Shown piece after piece: positions 30,036 through 43,022 of a stretch of 64,000 nucleotides of DNA. A model generated the notes under the pieces. That model did no database searches. It saw only the letters and a program-made list of their open reading frames with translations, and was not told the origin of the DNA. The stretch spans positions 21,204,001 through 21,268,000 of the forward strand of contig NW_027361784.1 in assembly GCF_039654945.1 (NCBI RefSeq). The letters are read 5' to 3'. Made by a program: the position numbers and the translations under genes. This stretch comes from Dendrobates tinctorius (Eukaryota). Within the stretch, counting starts at the first letter, position 1, and each line of letters begins with the position of its first letter.

Positions 30036-31283
30036 CAGCGCTAGTACATTTGTCCTCACTCCTGTGTAGAGATGATACATGTACTGTGCGGGCCCCCATG
30101 GCTTGATGTCCCCCAGTTACTGTCCGCCATGTCAATATTACCCATCTCTGCCATTTTCTATTTGACGTGTTAGATTTCAAGGAGCCATTGATCCCGTCTT
30201 TAATTCGTCATGGTTCGCACTTTTTGTAATTCTCCACATCGCCCACTCAGGATTAAGGGCAGACTATGTCACCGGCTGCCAAGAAGAACACTTGTCTTTC
30301 TTGTTAAGCGTTTGATCGACACACAAGCAATCGAGTGTTGTAGCAGACTAGGCTGACATTAGAGCGGCCTCTAACAGGATGATTTACTGCCGCGCCCTCC
30401 TCTGATTACAGCCTCCTATCTAGATGCATCCAAAATAAATGTACTGTAGTATTGACTCTGGCCCGGCATGTCGGAGAGTCGGCGAGCTCCCGTGGCTGAT
30501 GATAGCACATTAACAGAAAAATCTATAGGATTATAGACTAGACGTGTGCGAACTGTTAACTTTTCTATTGCTTGTCCCATAACATAATTTTCTGTTTTCT
30601 TCCCATTTTTGGGGGGGTACATATCCTCGGAGAATTTGTGACATAATGGGGTTAGGCAGCGGCTATAATTTCTGCATCAGAAGGTGAGTGGCGCTATTAA
30701 CATGGCATCCCGTCGTCCCCTTGGCTAATATTGTGATGGTCCGCCGGGTATTGTCCTACTCTCATTGATAAAAAAGGGACACGACCTGGATTGCCCTTTA
30801 CAGTTACACCTCTCACCTCCCGATGTGGAAGTGGATAACGCCTTTTAAAGGTCATGTGTCAGAAAATAACCTATAGTTTGAAACAAGATTTATGTTAAAG
30901 GGGTTTTCTGGCATCTTTAAAAAAAAAAAAAAAAAATTACAGTGAGGATCCATCTGGATAAAAGAAAAGAATTTATGTTAACCTCGGTAATCTGCCACCA
31001 GCCTGACTGCTGCAGCTACTTATTGGCGAAAGAGTCAGGCTCACTGGAAACTAATGAAAGTCATAACCAGAAATCATAGCCAAACAACACGTCGGTCTGA
31101 CCTAATGCGCCGAGGCTCCGCATGGGCTCGTCTATCAGTAGTGTTTTTGCTATCGTTCATGTTTGCAGCAGCCGTATTTTTCTTACATGTGTGGAAATGC
31201 ATTCCACTTAGTATATGACCCTCATTGCGGATATTGCGAAAATAATAGCCGGTAGTCCACGATAGCCTCACATGAGGGCGACT

Positions 31284-31715
31284 GTCCTTGTTCTCGTGTT
31301 TGTGGGTAGGGACGGGCGATTAATCAAATTAATTCATTTGCCAATTGCATACTGCACTATTTTTGGCAGAATTGGGCGAAAAAATTTTTTTTTTTTTTGA
31401 CCTGCTCCCACTCAGCACTATTTTACCATTGGTGGAAGCGGGGCTGCGGAGCTTTTTCATTGGGCAGAAAGCTCAGCGGGGGCCGTCCTGGAGAGAGAAG
31501 TTTACCTTGCCCTTGCTCTCATGTTTGTGGATAGGGCAGAGCAATTAATCAAATTAATTAATTTACCAACTGCATAATGCACAATTTTCAGAGAATCGGT
31601 CAGGAATAAAAACAATTTTAACCCGCCCCCAACTTGGCAAAATTTTACCATTGGTGGGAGCGGGGCTGCTGTTCTCCCTGATTTGGCAGAACAGCTCAGC
31701 GAGGGCCGTCTTGGA
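31284..31715. repeat. tandem duplication of ~227 bp
   Basis: CCTTG.TCTC.TGTTTGTGG...ATTAATCAAATTAATT...TTTTACCATTGGTGG.AGCGGGGCTGC...GCTCAGCG.GGGCCGTC occurs twice. Confidence 0.85.
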
Positions 31716-32507
31716 GATCAGCGTGCCTAGAATCTGATTGTACCGAGCAGCGGCGCATAAGTAGGGAACAGCTGGATCACAAATGGGCAGTAAACTGGAG
31801 ATGTTGTGCAGGCGTCGCTCCTAGGACTCCAACTTATAAGGGTTGTCCCCTTTTATGTAAAGAAGGTCCACGACTTGTAAGCAAAAATATAAAAAAAAGT
31901 GTTTTACTCACTTGCCGGGTTCAGCGTTGAGTCTTCACCGCTGCTCCCGGTGTCTGGCTGTTGCTGCCTCACTGATGCCTTGTTGGTAGCACAGCAGTCA
32001 ACCACGGAGCTCTATGCAGGACAATCAGTCAAGGCAGGCAGAACCGCTGAGCTTGGTGTTTGGCGGCAGCCCTAGATCATGGAAGGGTTAGTAAAGTTTT
32101 TTTTTGTTTTTTTTTAAGTTAGAAATTGCAGCAGAGTAACAAGATTTTCTGAAAGAGGAGAACCTCTTTAAAGACCTAAAACGATTTTTTTTTTTTGGTG
32201 TGTGTTTTTCTCTATATCGTCATAGTTGCTTGGCTTCCTTACCAGCTTTGTGGCATCACTTCCCAGGTGCCCTGCCAGTCTCTATATTCGGACCTTTAGT
32301 GATCCTGTGTTGTCTGCTTTCAAAAATAAAAGTAATACAGCAATAATCCACTTTTTTTTTTTTTCAGACCGGAAATACAAAAAAACAAACAAAAACCGTG
32401 ATGTTTTAACTTACATAAACGCTGAGATCTTGCAGTTTTCCTATTCTCTGCCTAAGTAAAGCAGATTATTGGTACGCTGAAGTTTTGTAACTTTGTTTTA
32501 TTTAGAA

Positions 32508-33674
32508 CTAGTAGAATACCCGCGGCTTCGCTCCCGGAAAATATGTTAAATTGTCGGTTATGGTAGCTAAAGTATGTGGTCATTTTCACAACGTTCATCC
32601 TGTTGTTCAGATGTTTCCATATTCCTTGCTTCAGCCTGCCTTATCCGATTCTGGTGAAGACTACATTCCCGTTGCTCTGATGTCTCAGCTGCCTTACATT
32701 TAGCCTGTCTCATCCATTTCTTTTCAAGCCGCGAGTCACGTTGTTCACTTGTCTCAGCTCTTTGACCCAATTTTGCTTTCTTAGCTTTTTGGATGAACTT
32801 GCCCAATAGATGGTCGTTTTTTGGGCGGCATTTTAAAAAAACAGTCCTTAGTATTATGACCCTTTAGTGTTCACCTGACACTGATAAGAGATGTAATAGG
32901 ATGAATTGTAAATACAGAGCAGCCCTCACACAGTATTACTATGACCTGAAGGAGCTCACATCTCAGTAATGAAAACCGCCTCACAGGCAGACTTGTCTAG
33001 TTGCCCATAGCAACCAATCAGAGCTCATCTTTAACTTTACCTCAGCAGCTTCAGTGATGAAAGCTCCCTGTATAGTAAGCAATAATGACAATCTTACTAT
33101 GCGGCATTTTTCACCTGACAAATATTGCTGCTCAGTAATGTTTGTCCGTGTGCGTAGGGTGCATCCATCTGAGTGTGTTTGCATGCGTGTGTGGTCGTTG
33201 CTTGTGTGTGGTATGCATGTGGAATTTGTGGGGTGGTTTTTGTGTTATGTGTGTGTAGAGTGGTCTGGTGTTTGTGTGGTGTGTTGTGGCATTTGTGTGG
33301 TGTTAAGCTTGTGGGTTGGTGTATGTGTGCTGTCTGTGTGATGTTGTATTTTGTTTGTGAAATGTTTGTGTGTTGCGTGTGGTGGTGCGGCCCCTTTAGC
33401 AGCGACTCTTTTTCGACATCACTATAATCCGTCCCAACTTTTGTTTTCCCTTCAGCACTTTTACTTTCACCTTCACATTTCTCCATTATATGTATAGTGC
33501 CTAACTTTGAGGGCCCCAATCTCATGACGGGGGGGACGCTAGCGAGATGTAACATGCGCAGGATTCTGCTCCTGTGGGTGGAGAGGGGGCGTGCCAAATT
33601 TCACCCAAATCGGGCGAGAATTGTGGATTTGTATAGAGCGGGCTACTACAGATTTTGCGTTTTATATATATAGA
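32508..33674 (-). mobile_element. non-autonomous Helitron with RepHel N-terminal remnant
   Basis: Minus strand starts TCTATATATATAAAA and ends with a GCGAAGC hairpin plus CTAG|T; no TSD. Confidence 0.8.
32567..32831 (-). pseudogene. Helitron RepHel N-terminal fragment with STPR-like ETSEQR repeats
   Basis: ATG at 32831 (MPPKKRPSIGQVHPK), frameshift, then three ETSEQ(R/Q) repeats spaced 23 aa apart. Confidence 0.7.
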
Positions 33675-35149
33675 CTGGCACTGCCTTTATTTTGTGACGC
33701 ATTTGCTGCTTCCTATTCTTTCTTTTGACATAGAATCACAGTGAGTGAGGGTGTATATTGTTATTTTTTTTATTTATTTGTATTATTTTAAACTTATCTG
33801 GACTTAAAAGTAAAAACAAATAGACACTAGCCTTGTACGACATGTAGCAGCAATTGGTCTTTTTTGTTTTTTTAAATATGTTCTTCTGTTGCCACCAAAA
33901 ATAAATTGTAACGTGCAAATTTAAGTGCTCAGTGCACGGTTTCCCCCACTTGTATAGATTATGGCGACTCCTTCGCTTTCTCAGAGCCAGCGCTGTCTGA
34001 AGATAAACCTCCGTTACGCGTACAGTGTCCCTGTGCTGGAAGACACATCACTCTCTCCTCGCTGCTAACATTGCTCACTATACCCAAGTGTTGACCGTAG
34101 AGAGGAGAGTGTGAGGTGTGTGTGCGCTCCTGCACTAAAGTGTTGGCGCATGAGACAATTGGGTAGAGTGTGATTTGTGTGCTCACACTCACACTGAAGT
34201 GATAGTAAAGGAGTTCAGCAACGTCCGCGTGGAGAGAGTAATGTGTGCGAGGGACATTGCGCACATAGCGAAGGATGGTGCACAAACTACTAGCAAAACT
34301 GTGATAGGGAGAAAAGCAAACTTTGAAGGTGGCAGCAGTCCAGGCATTGTCCATCATGTCCTGGGGTTGTGACTGCAACTACTGAACCCGACGATTGTCA
34401 GCGAGTTAACGCCTCACCGGACTAGTCCTGGTTCCTTAGCATAGTGCGAGGTGATGTACAGAAGTTGCTTTTGCTGAATTATATGCAGTTGCAGAAAGCA
34501 AAAAAAAAACACAATCCTACAATACTTGAAAAAAAGGCTTGGGGGCAGTTTAGAAGCTACAGGGGTCTTATAGGTTCCCTTTAAAATATTGACTAAGATT
34601 TTAGCCAGTACATTGGTCACAATTGTGTCTCACTCTGTATAGCTCCACGTCTTGTACCTTAATGTGCGGTGAGATGGCTGTGGGCTTTCTTCTCTCATCG
34701 TTTTGTGGGATTAAATATGGGATTCATCTCTTGGGATCGTTAAACCTATGGATAGGTGTAACGTGCATTGTTATATACTGCTTTGTAATCATTATACCTT
34801 TTTTTTTTTTTTTGCGATCCCTGAATAGTCTGGGTTGAGCATGTATCGTGGTGTATGGTGTGGCTGGATGGGGTGACTATATACAGTATATATACTCAAG
34901 CGCAGTATATTCTGCCAGTAATGGGTGCGTACAGTAAATCAGCACACATTCAGCTGCGCTCTGGACTGGCTTCTCCTGAGTGCTGACATCTAAGGATCAT
35001 CGCCCCGAGTTATAGTCCTTCTGGTACACTGCTCCATTTCACATGTGATAATGTTTTTCTGTCTCTCGCTGGCACCGCTGCCCGGTTCTGTCTTAGGTTC
35101 CTTGCTGGTAAACCTTCTCGTAATTATTCCTTTTTTTTCCTCCCTCTAG

Positions 35150-35304
35150 GTTTTCAACAAGCTTTTAAGCCTGGCCAGCACCGCCTCATCTCAGAAGTTC
35201 CAGTCCCACATGTGGAGTCAGATGTTGGTTTCCACATCTGGCTTTTTGAAATCCATCTCCAACGTGTCTGGAAAAGACATCCAGCCGCTAATAAAGCAAT
35301 GGGT
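35150..35304 (+). CDS. TAF2: TAF2 exon (VFNKLLSLASTASSQKFQSHMWSQMLVSTSGFLKSISNVSGKDIQPLIKQW)
   Basis: ctctag acceptor, GTATCCTT donor, 155 nt, phase 0->2. Confidence 0.96.
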
Positions 35305-35409
35305 GTATCCTTTATTACCGAAGTCTCTCATCTAATGTGTGAAGGTGAAGGGATCAGGTCCTGGGGATGTTTGTAGATGGTAGGAAATGAGGACTTTAGA
35401 TATAACAGC

Positions 35410-36420
35410 ACTATATGTATAAAAGTATGTGCCGCCTCCACTTTGCACCTACAGAAGCTTTTATAACATCCCATTCTACATCCATACTCATTAATATGGA
35501 GCTGGTTCCCCCTCTGCAGCTATAACACCTCTTCTGGGAAGATATTATACAAGATTAAGGTTGATATCTCTGAGAATTTTTGACCCTAAAGAAGAGTATT
35601 TTTGGGGTCGGACCCTGATGTTAAGGGAGAGGCCGGGGTCACAATCTCTTCTCTAGTTCATCCCAAAGATATTTGTTACGATTGAGGTCTTGGGGTCTCT
35701 GCGGCCGTTCATGTCCTTCCACCACCAAACTCCCCCTCCATGTCTGTAAGGACCTTGCGCACAGAGAACAGTTATAGGAAACAAAAAAATGACCTTCCCG
35801 AGACTGTTCCCACGAAGCTAGAAGCCACAATTGTCAAAAATGTCTTGTGCTAAAGCACTAAAACTTGCCTTCTTTGGAAGTAAGAAGCCGAGGCTGACCC
35901 CTGAAAAACAAGCCCATAGTGTTTTTCCTCCATCAAACTACGGCAGGTACAATGCAGTCAGGTGAGTAAGTTCCAGGTATTCCCCAAACCCAGACTCGTC
36001 CATCAGATGCCAGAAATAGAATTGTGATCCTTCACTGCACAGAACACGTTTCCTCCAGAGTCCAGTAGTGGTGGCTTAACATCACTCCATCCGACGCTCG
36101 GCAGTGTGCTTGGTGATGTAAGGCTGCATGCAGCTGTTCGGCCATGATGCTCCTGGCAGTTGAACGGCTGGGCTGCTGCAGTTCCGTCTACTTTTCAATA
36201 ATATCACTGTCAGGTGATGGTGGAATATTGAGGAAGGAAGAAAAGACATGAACGGACTTGTTACATCGGTGGCTCCTATTACAGGACCACGCTTGTAGCA
36301 GTGAGTTCTACACCAGTAGCTGTTCTGGCATGGGGAGGCTCAGAGGTTATACACCGGTGGCAGCGGAGCCGGCCATTGCTCCCCAGGGCCGAGGGACCGG
36401 CCGATATTCACTTGGAGCAA
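35410..36420 (-). mobile_element. highly decayed Tc1-like remnant
   Basis: CACTATATG.A.AAAAGTAT TIR-like start; minus-strand remnant ...QDLN...LWDELEKRL. Boundaries approximate. Confidence 0.6.
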
Positions 36421-36693
36421 TGGTGCCAAATGAGAAACATGAACTAAAATTTTTAGGGCTCTTAGGGTGAGTTGAACTTGTGGGCACTCACACTATATAC
36501 TATAGCACTATAATACCACAGTATTGCAGTATCTCTATATAGAAAAGTGAGGGTATGTGTGTGTGTATCACCAACCTATCATGAAGCAGACCACTAAAGG
36601 GAGACATTTCTTCAAATTCAGGGCTCATTAAAAATGTAGGGCTGAAAGTCTATAGGAGGGAGAAGAACAGAGAGGTAGGTGAGCTGGGGCATA

Positions 36694-37304
36694 TCTCTAT
36701 ATATAAAAGTGAATGTAGGTGACAACACCTCAGCAGACACTGCCATGGTGGGAGAAATCTAGCATCCCCGGGAACATAAGCTCCCAGCCATTGTCTGCCC
36801 CCAGAAAGGAGCAGATAGCACAGGACAGAAATGAATCCCCCCGCCTCCCTGCCCATATACCCATATATTAGGGGTAGTAGTCCGGTGCCTCTGACGGGAT
36901 GATGTGGGATATTAGGGGTAGTAGTCCGATGGCTCTGACTGACGGGATGATGTGGGATATTAGGGGGAGTAGTCCGGCGGCTGTGACGGGATGATGTGGG
37001 ATATTAGGGGTAGTAATCCGGTGGCTCTGACGGGATGATATGGGATATTAGGGGTGGGCTGTGGAAGGAGAGCGCGGGGCTGTGGAGGGACAGCCGGACA
37101 CGGATGTAGAGCACTGCTGCTGAGGGATAAAACGGGACGGCGGGTGGAGAGCAAGGCTGTGGAAGGAGAGCGCGTAATGGCGGGTGGACAGTGGGGCTGC
37201 GGAAGGAGAGAGCGTGATGGCGGGTGGAGAGCGGGGCTGTTAAAAGAGAGAGCGGGACCCACAGTTTGTTACTATGCCCGGGCAGCGCTGGGCTCTTCAG
37301 CTAG
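36694..37304 (+). mobile_element. non-autonomous Helitron with internal ~42-bp tandem repeat
   Basis: A|TCTCTATATATAAAA start; CCCGGGCAGCGCTGGG hairpin then CTAG|T end; repeat GGGATGATGTGGGATATTAGGGGTAGTAGTCCG at 36865-37055. Confidence 0.8.
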
Positions 37305-37796
37305 TATAGAATAACTCACAGTCTGCTATGAAGCCCGCTTCACATAGATCTAAAATGGTAGCCTCCGTCTCATTGCGTCATTTAGATGGCAGCGATCGGA
37401 GCTAGCTCCAGTCACTGCTGTTAGACAGATGCCATCTGTCGAACATGTAGTTAAAGGGTTAAAAAAAGCACATATTTTCACTATAACACACAAGATCACG
37501 TGCTTTTACAGTGGATTGGCACTACATAGAATTATGGAGCCCAAATTGTGCTGGAAAAGAGTCAAATAGCGGCATTAGGTAAACTTTTGGACACTTTTTC
37601 AAACTAATGTTATTAGGTAAAATCACCCTTTTTCTGAAAAAGGTCAGCCCCTGACGTGACAGGTGCTCAGTAGAAGGTCATTTTCTGTTGACACATACCC
37701 TTTAAATGTCAGTTAGTGGCCACATATTCGTGATGATATCGGGGGGTTCAGTCTTCCCATCTTGCCGTGGAGCCACTCCTTAACGTTGTCTTCCAG

Positions 37797-37911
37797 AGAC
37801 CAGAGCGGCGTGGTGAAGTTTTACGGCAGCTTCGCTTTTAACAGAAAACGCAATGTGTTAGAATTGGAGATAAAGCAGGAGTGCACCGTTCTTGGCACAC
37901 AGAAATACGTG
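37797..37911 (+). CDS. TAF2: TAF2 exon (DQSGVVKFYGSFAFNRKRNVLELEIKQECTVLGTQKYV)
   Basis: ttccag/gtaaga, 115 nt, phase 2->0. Confidence 0.96.
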
Positions 37912-38587
37912 GTAAGATGCTTCGCTCCTTTCTTGTCTGGCTCGCTCTTGTAATTTTGGTGTTAAACATATAATCTACTTCTGATGAGAACGCTCATCGT
38001 ATGCAATGAACATGAGGCAAACAGATACGTGAGCTGATTTTCTGGGCACAAAATTCTCTGTGTTTTGCAATGCAATCCAATACAGTTGGTGAAGTTAAAC
38101 ATGTTGGGCAATCTGCGCTCTCCATGACGTAGACCAGGAAAGGGGCTGAGCAGACTTTAACATAATTCCCATATGATTTATGCTCATTATGGGCTTAGTC
38201 CAATGGGAGGTGCTACTTGATAACTGACCACTTACATGATTGCACCTTCAGAAATAACCGCTCACTGGACTCATCAGCCCAAATTAAACAAGGACTTGAA
38301 AAGAGCCTACTATCAATTGACAGGTCTGTTTTCCTAAATTCTTGTATTTCCATTTAAATGGGAAATCTTGGGCATCTTTTTGTATAATTTTGCATCATGG
38401 CATTCTTTTATTATTCCTCCTAGCAAAATATCCATACATTGATAACTGGGTGTTACCATTCTTTCTGTCAAAGTAGCGTGTCCCTGCACAGGTTGACACT
38501 GCCAGCACTGATTTGGACAATGGTAGGGTATATAGGGCTACATCCGTAACTCTTGTCATCCAGCTGTCCATTTATTCATGTTTTCTG

Positions 38588-40630
38588 CAGTCATGTCCAA
38601 AAATGTTGAGATTGAGACAAATTTTGTTTTTCGCTAATTTGCTGCTTCAGTTTTTATAGTGGCAATTTACATGAACTCTAGATTGTTATGAAAAGTGATC
38701 AGATGAATTGCAAAAAAAAATTGATTTGAGCCATTTCACCAAATGAACTGCTTACATCTCTAAAATGATCGTCTCGTTAGCTCAGGAGAAAGTGTTAACA
38801 TGGACAAGGCAGCTGATACCACTATAAAGCTGATTGAATTATAAGAGGAGACTGGTTGCTTAAACCCCTGCATGACCTTTGACGTACCCATATGTCACGA
38901 CCTTTGACATACCCATATATACCCATACGTCATGGCTGGAAAGGGACCTCATGGCGAGGAGTGGTGCCTACACGGCCCCGGGTTGTTAAAGCCCCTAAAT
39001 GCCACAATCGATATCGATCACAACATTTAGGAGGCTGGAAGGCAGAAGATGCTCCCTCTCCCAACCTATCGGCGACCTACGAGTCAACCACCTATGGTAA
39101 GCCTTTTAGACCATGCTCTGAGCATGGTCTAAGAGGTTTCTGTCAGTGCAATGCTTTATAACAGCGATCAGAGTCCTATACAGGGACTAAGTTAAAAAAA
39201 AAAAAATAGAAACAAAAGTTTTTTAAAAGTTTATTTAAAAATAAAAAAAAATTACAACATAACGAAAAAAAATTATACACACAGATATGTATATGTAAAA
39301 ACAAAAATAAACAAAAAAATACATATATTTGGTATAGCTGCGTCCAGACCTCTTCTTTAGTGAATACCGTAAAAAAAAATAATTGCAAAACTTGGTAAAA
39401 ACTATGCTTTATCATTATACCGCCGAACAAAAAGTGGACTAAAACGTGATCAAAAAGACGAATGTAAATAAAACTGGTATCGCTGAAAATGCCACCAAAC
39501 AGCTCTGTCAGTGGAGAAATAAATAAGCTATGTCCCTAAGAATATAGCAATGTAAAAGCAATTATTTTTTCTATTAAATAGTTTTTATTGTGAAAAAGCA
39601 GCAAAACAGAAAAAAACTATAGAAATCTGGTATCAATGTAATCGCACCGACCTGAAAAATTCATGTATTCGCTTATACGGCACCCGGAATGGCGTAAAAA
39701 ATTAAACAAAACCAATTCTTCACCTGTTGCTGATTTGTTCATTGTGCCTCCCAAAGATTGCAGTAAGGCTCGGCTCCCAATTATCTTGCGCTGTGCGCTT
39801 ACACAAGAGATTTCCATGTAAATCTCTGAAATACATGATTCAGACAGAACCCGACGGAAGATTCCCTATATGAGGCAGATGGAGGCACTTTGCGCCGGCG
39901 TTGTCCATCTTTTTAGGCGTTTATAAAAAGAGCCGTCAGCCATAGTTTTGTGCACTTCTGAAAAGCCAGGCACTACTAAACAGAGGCCAGACGGAGTCCA
40001 GAGTAAAGGCCCCGTCTCACATAGCGATCTCACCACGTGTGACACATAGCGGTGATCAGCCCCCTGCTGCTATGTCGCTGATCGTGCTCGAATGTCCTGG
40101 GTCATTTTTTGATCGTTGGTGTCCTGCTGGCCAGCGCGCATCGCTTTGTTTGACAGGGACACCAACAAACGACCTCAATACTACAGGTCTGAGAGACAGA
40201 GTCCCAATGACCGTCGTATCGTTCTGTATCGTTGCTGCGTCGCTGTTGAGGTCTGACTGTGCGACCTCGTGGCGACGCACCAGCGATCTCTACTAGGTCG
40301 CATCATTGTCGAGATCGCTGGTGCGTCGCCAAGTGTGACGGTACCCTAACTTTGCTCCCTCATTATAGTGAATGGATCTCTCAGGGGTTTCTTCTGAATC
40401 AAGTGTTTCACATATTTAGATGGAAACCCTACTAAAGAGGATTCAGCTGTAGAATCAGTTCAACACCAGTGCAGAGCTTGGTCAGGGATGGCAGCAGGCA
40501 GGTATCAGTGCAAATGCAGTGTGACAAGGGCTTTTGAAGTCTGGTGTCAAGAGGGGCAGCAAATCTCCTTTTTCATGGTCAGGAAACTCCGCAGATCTTA
40601 ATCTTTTGAGAACCTGTGGTCAATCTTCAA
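38588..40630 (+). mobile_element. nested cluster of decayed DNA-transposon fragments (Tc1-like ends with other insertions between)
   Basis: CAGTCATGTCCAAAAATGTTGAG TIR-like start; N.ADLNPFENLWSI remnant at ~40585-40630; TTAAACCCC piggyBac-like start at ~38860. Confidence 0.45.
40007..40346. mobile_element. PIF/Harbinger-like MITE
   Basis: TAA duplication (40004-40006, 40347-40349); degenerate TIRs AGGCCCCGTCTCACA / GTGTGACGGTACCC; internal AGCGATC/GATCGCT repeats. Confidence 0.7.
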
Positions 40631-41186
40631 ATAAGGGACAACACTATAAATATTAAGTCTTTACATAAATTTTATGTATTTGTCAAAAAAAGGTCTAAAA
40701 AGCTTTCAAAGGCTGATAATTGTAATTTGGTAACCATAAAAACAACAGACTTAAAGATGTAGAGTGAAGGAGAAAGTGAAGCCTGAGCTCAATGGCCAAA
40801 GGGATCTCATGACATAACTATGTCACGCAATCCCTGGGAGAGCCAGTGCCGACACAGCTGCACCAGAGGTAGTGGACAACCCCTTTTAAATGTGACTGTA
40901 ACTTTTAAGAGTTAAGGACATGTGGGGAGGTGGTTGTCACTTACACCTCCATGAGCCACGATCATAGGGGCCAATGAGTTCTCATGGCGCAGTCATATGT
41001 CTGTCCAGATGGCCTCTTGTCTGATATATTACCCCTACTATGAAGTTAAGCCAGAGATCGTCAGTTTTACAATATTCTAAAATACTACAATATTACAGTG
41101 TAGGCAGTGAAATGGTCACAGGTACAAGTCCGTCAAGGAGACTAATAAAAAATGTAACAAAAAACATAAAAAAATTATTTATAGAT

Positions 41187-41188
<2 letters not shown>

Positions 41189-41237
<49 letters not shown>
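41189..41237. repeat. (AT)n microsatellite
   Basis: Perfect dinucleotide run. Confidence 0.98.
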
Positions 41238-41239
<2 letters not shown>

Positions 41240-41600
41240 GTATTTTATGGATAATTCTCCCCATTTTATTCTCAAGCAGAAATAGAAAAATAAAAAAATT
41301 ACATATTTGGTTTTGCAATATGCTAAGTTGTCCAAACGAAGAAAATATCATAATTATCCCATACTGTGAATGCAAAGCAGAAATAAAAAATGTAAATGCT
41401 AGAATTGCTGTTTGCCGTCGTAGTCTTATACTCTCATGTCAATGGGAAATAAATCTATGGATCTTAAGAAGGTAAGGATGGTGAAAAATAAATGAATAAT
41501 GTTGGCGTCCCCAGGGAATGGATCACTTCTGTCATCTATTTTTGCCCCATAAATGTTTTGTTTTGCAGCTTATTACATCTCTCTTTCCTTCCCACCATAG

Positions 41601-41710
41601 GGTCCTCTTAAAGTGACGGTGCAAGAGCTTGACGGATCTTTTAACCACACGTTACAAATCGAAGAAAACAGCTTGAAGCACGACATCCCCTGTCACTCAA
41701 AGAGTAGAAG
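41601..41710 (+). CDS. TAF2: TAF2 exon (GPLKVTVQELDGSFNHTLQIEENSLKHDIPCHSKSR)
   Basis: ccatag/gtgatt, 110 nt, phase 0->2. Confidence 0.96.
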
Positions 41711-42956
41711 GTGATTTCCTGACATGTCCTTCCCATTTGTGTTTCTTTTCTGTTCCTAGAGCGGCGTCGGCCGGAGCTTGAACCACGGCGGCGTCTTTCC
41801 TCGCTGTTGCTATAGCCCTAAGTGTCCTAATAACACGTGTTTCCTCTCCAGATCACATCAGGGGGATCCGGTTTCTTAACATCCTTCCAATCTCTTCTAA
41901 ACAGAAGGCAGCTTATGTAAATGGCAGATCATAGCCGGAGTGCGGAGAATACACACAGGCTTATTTGCCCTCCTTGTATCTTAAGCCTCAGGAGACTGGG
42001 GATGATTCGCAGTTCATCGTGTGGCAGCACATATTTTTAATTACTTTTTTCTTTTGCAGAACACATTTTGGCTGTACATTAAATGGTAATTCCCCACCAC
42101 AAATACAATTTGGTCTATGGGACTGCGAGAAATGGCCAAGTGAGGCCCTCCGCAGTCCCTTTATTTTTATTAAATTTGCCCCAAACTTTTCCCCAAATCA
42201 TAGTTTTTATTAAAAATAAATATCTTGCAATTTTTATGCTTGCCACTGGACTTTTTAGACTCTCATTTTTTGTTGTTTAAAGACATCTACATGTACATTA
42301 GCACCAAAAACTGACTCTGACCCCATCTTTAGTATTGAAGCATCTAGTGAGCATGTGCAAAGGTTGTTGGGGAGGAGGTGAGCTGTGGCATCGCCTATTG
42401 TGGATGGTGGATCCTGTTATCAGTCTGTACAGGAGGAGGAGGTGACCTGTGACATCACCTATTATGAATGCTGGATCCTGTGTTTTCTGCTATGTATAGA
42501 GGTGTTATCTGTCATTGTAATCTTACCTCTGATACTAAGGAGCCTGCTATAAACTTTTCCTGAATGGACTGTAAATGCAAAAGTAGTCCAAATTTACCAG
42601 TAGGAAAATTGCAAAATTTTTAGTTTTGTAAGAGGAAAAAGACTGCTCTCTCTTAAACATTAAAAACTGCACAAATGCATGTAAAACTCTGACACTTTTC
42701 AGGCTGCAATAAGTACAAGAAGTTGGGATCGGATAGCGGGAAGAATTACGCAGGCTCTCACTTGTTTTTTGTCTGTAAGCGTAGGGACACAAAGCGCTTC
42801 TTGAGGGCACAGTATGCTAAGATCTTTCATGAAGTCTCTTTTGCATAATGTTTTTTTTTTATTATTAATATGAATTTGAAAAATAAAAGTAAAATTAACA
42901 AAACTAGAATTTATTATGAAAAATAACTTAAAATGTTTTTCTACATTTTTGAGCAG

Positions 42957-43022
42957 AAATAAAAAGAAGAAAATTCCGCTGATGAATGGGGAAGAAGTGG
43001 ACATGGACCTTTCTGCTATGGA
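42957..43022 (+). CDS. TAF2: TAF2 exon (NKKKKIPLMNGEEVDMDLSAM)
   Basis: gagcag/gtaagt, 66 nt, phase 2->2; the next exon was not found in the window. Confidence 0.95.

Larger units (their letters stand above)
35305..37796 (+). other. U12-type (minor spliceosome) GT-AG intron of TAF2
   Basis: 5' site GTATCCTTT; branch site TCCTTAAC at 37777-37784, 12 nt before the exon; little polypyrimidine tract. Confidence 0.92.

Noticed and set aside
33054-33597. Cys/Val- and His/Thr-rich ORFs
   Set aside because: Low-complexity (GT)-rich tract inside the Helitron.
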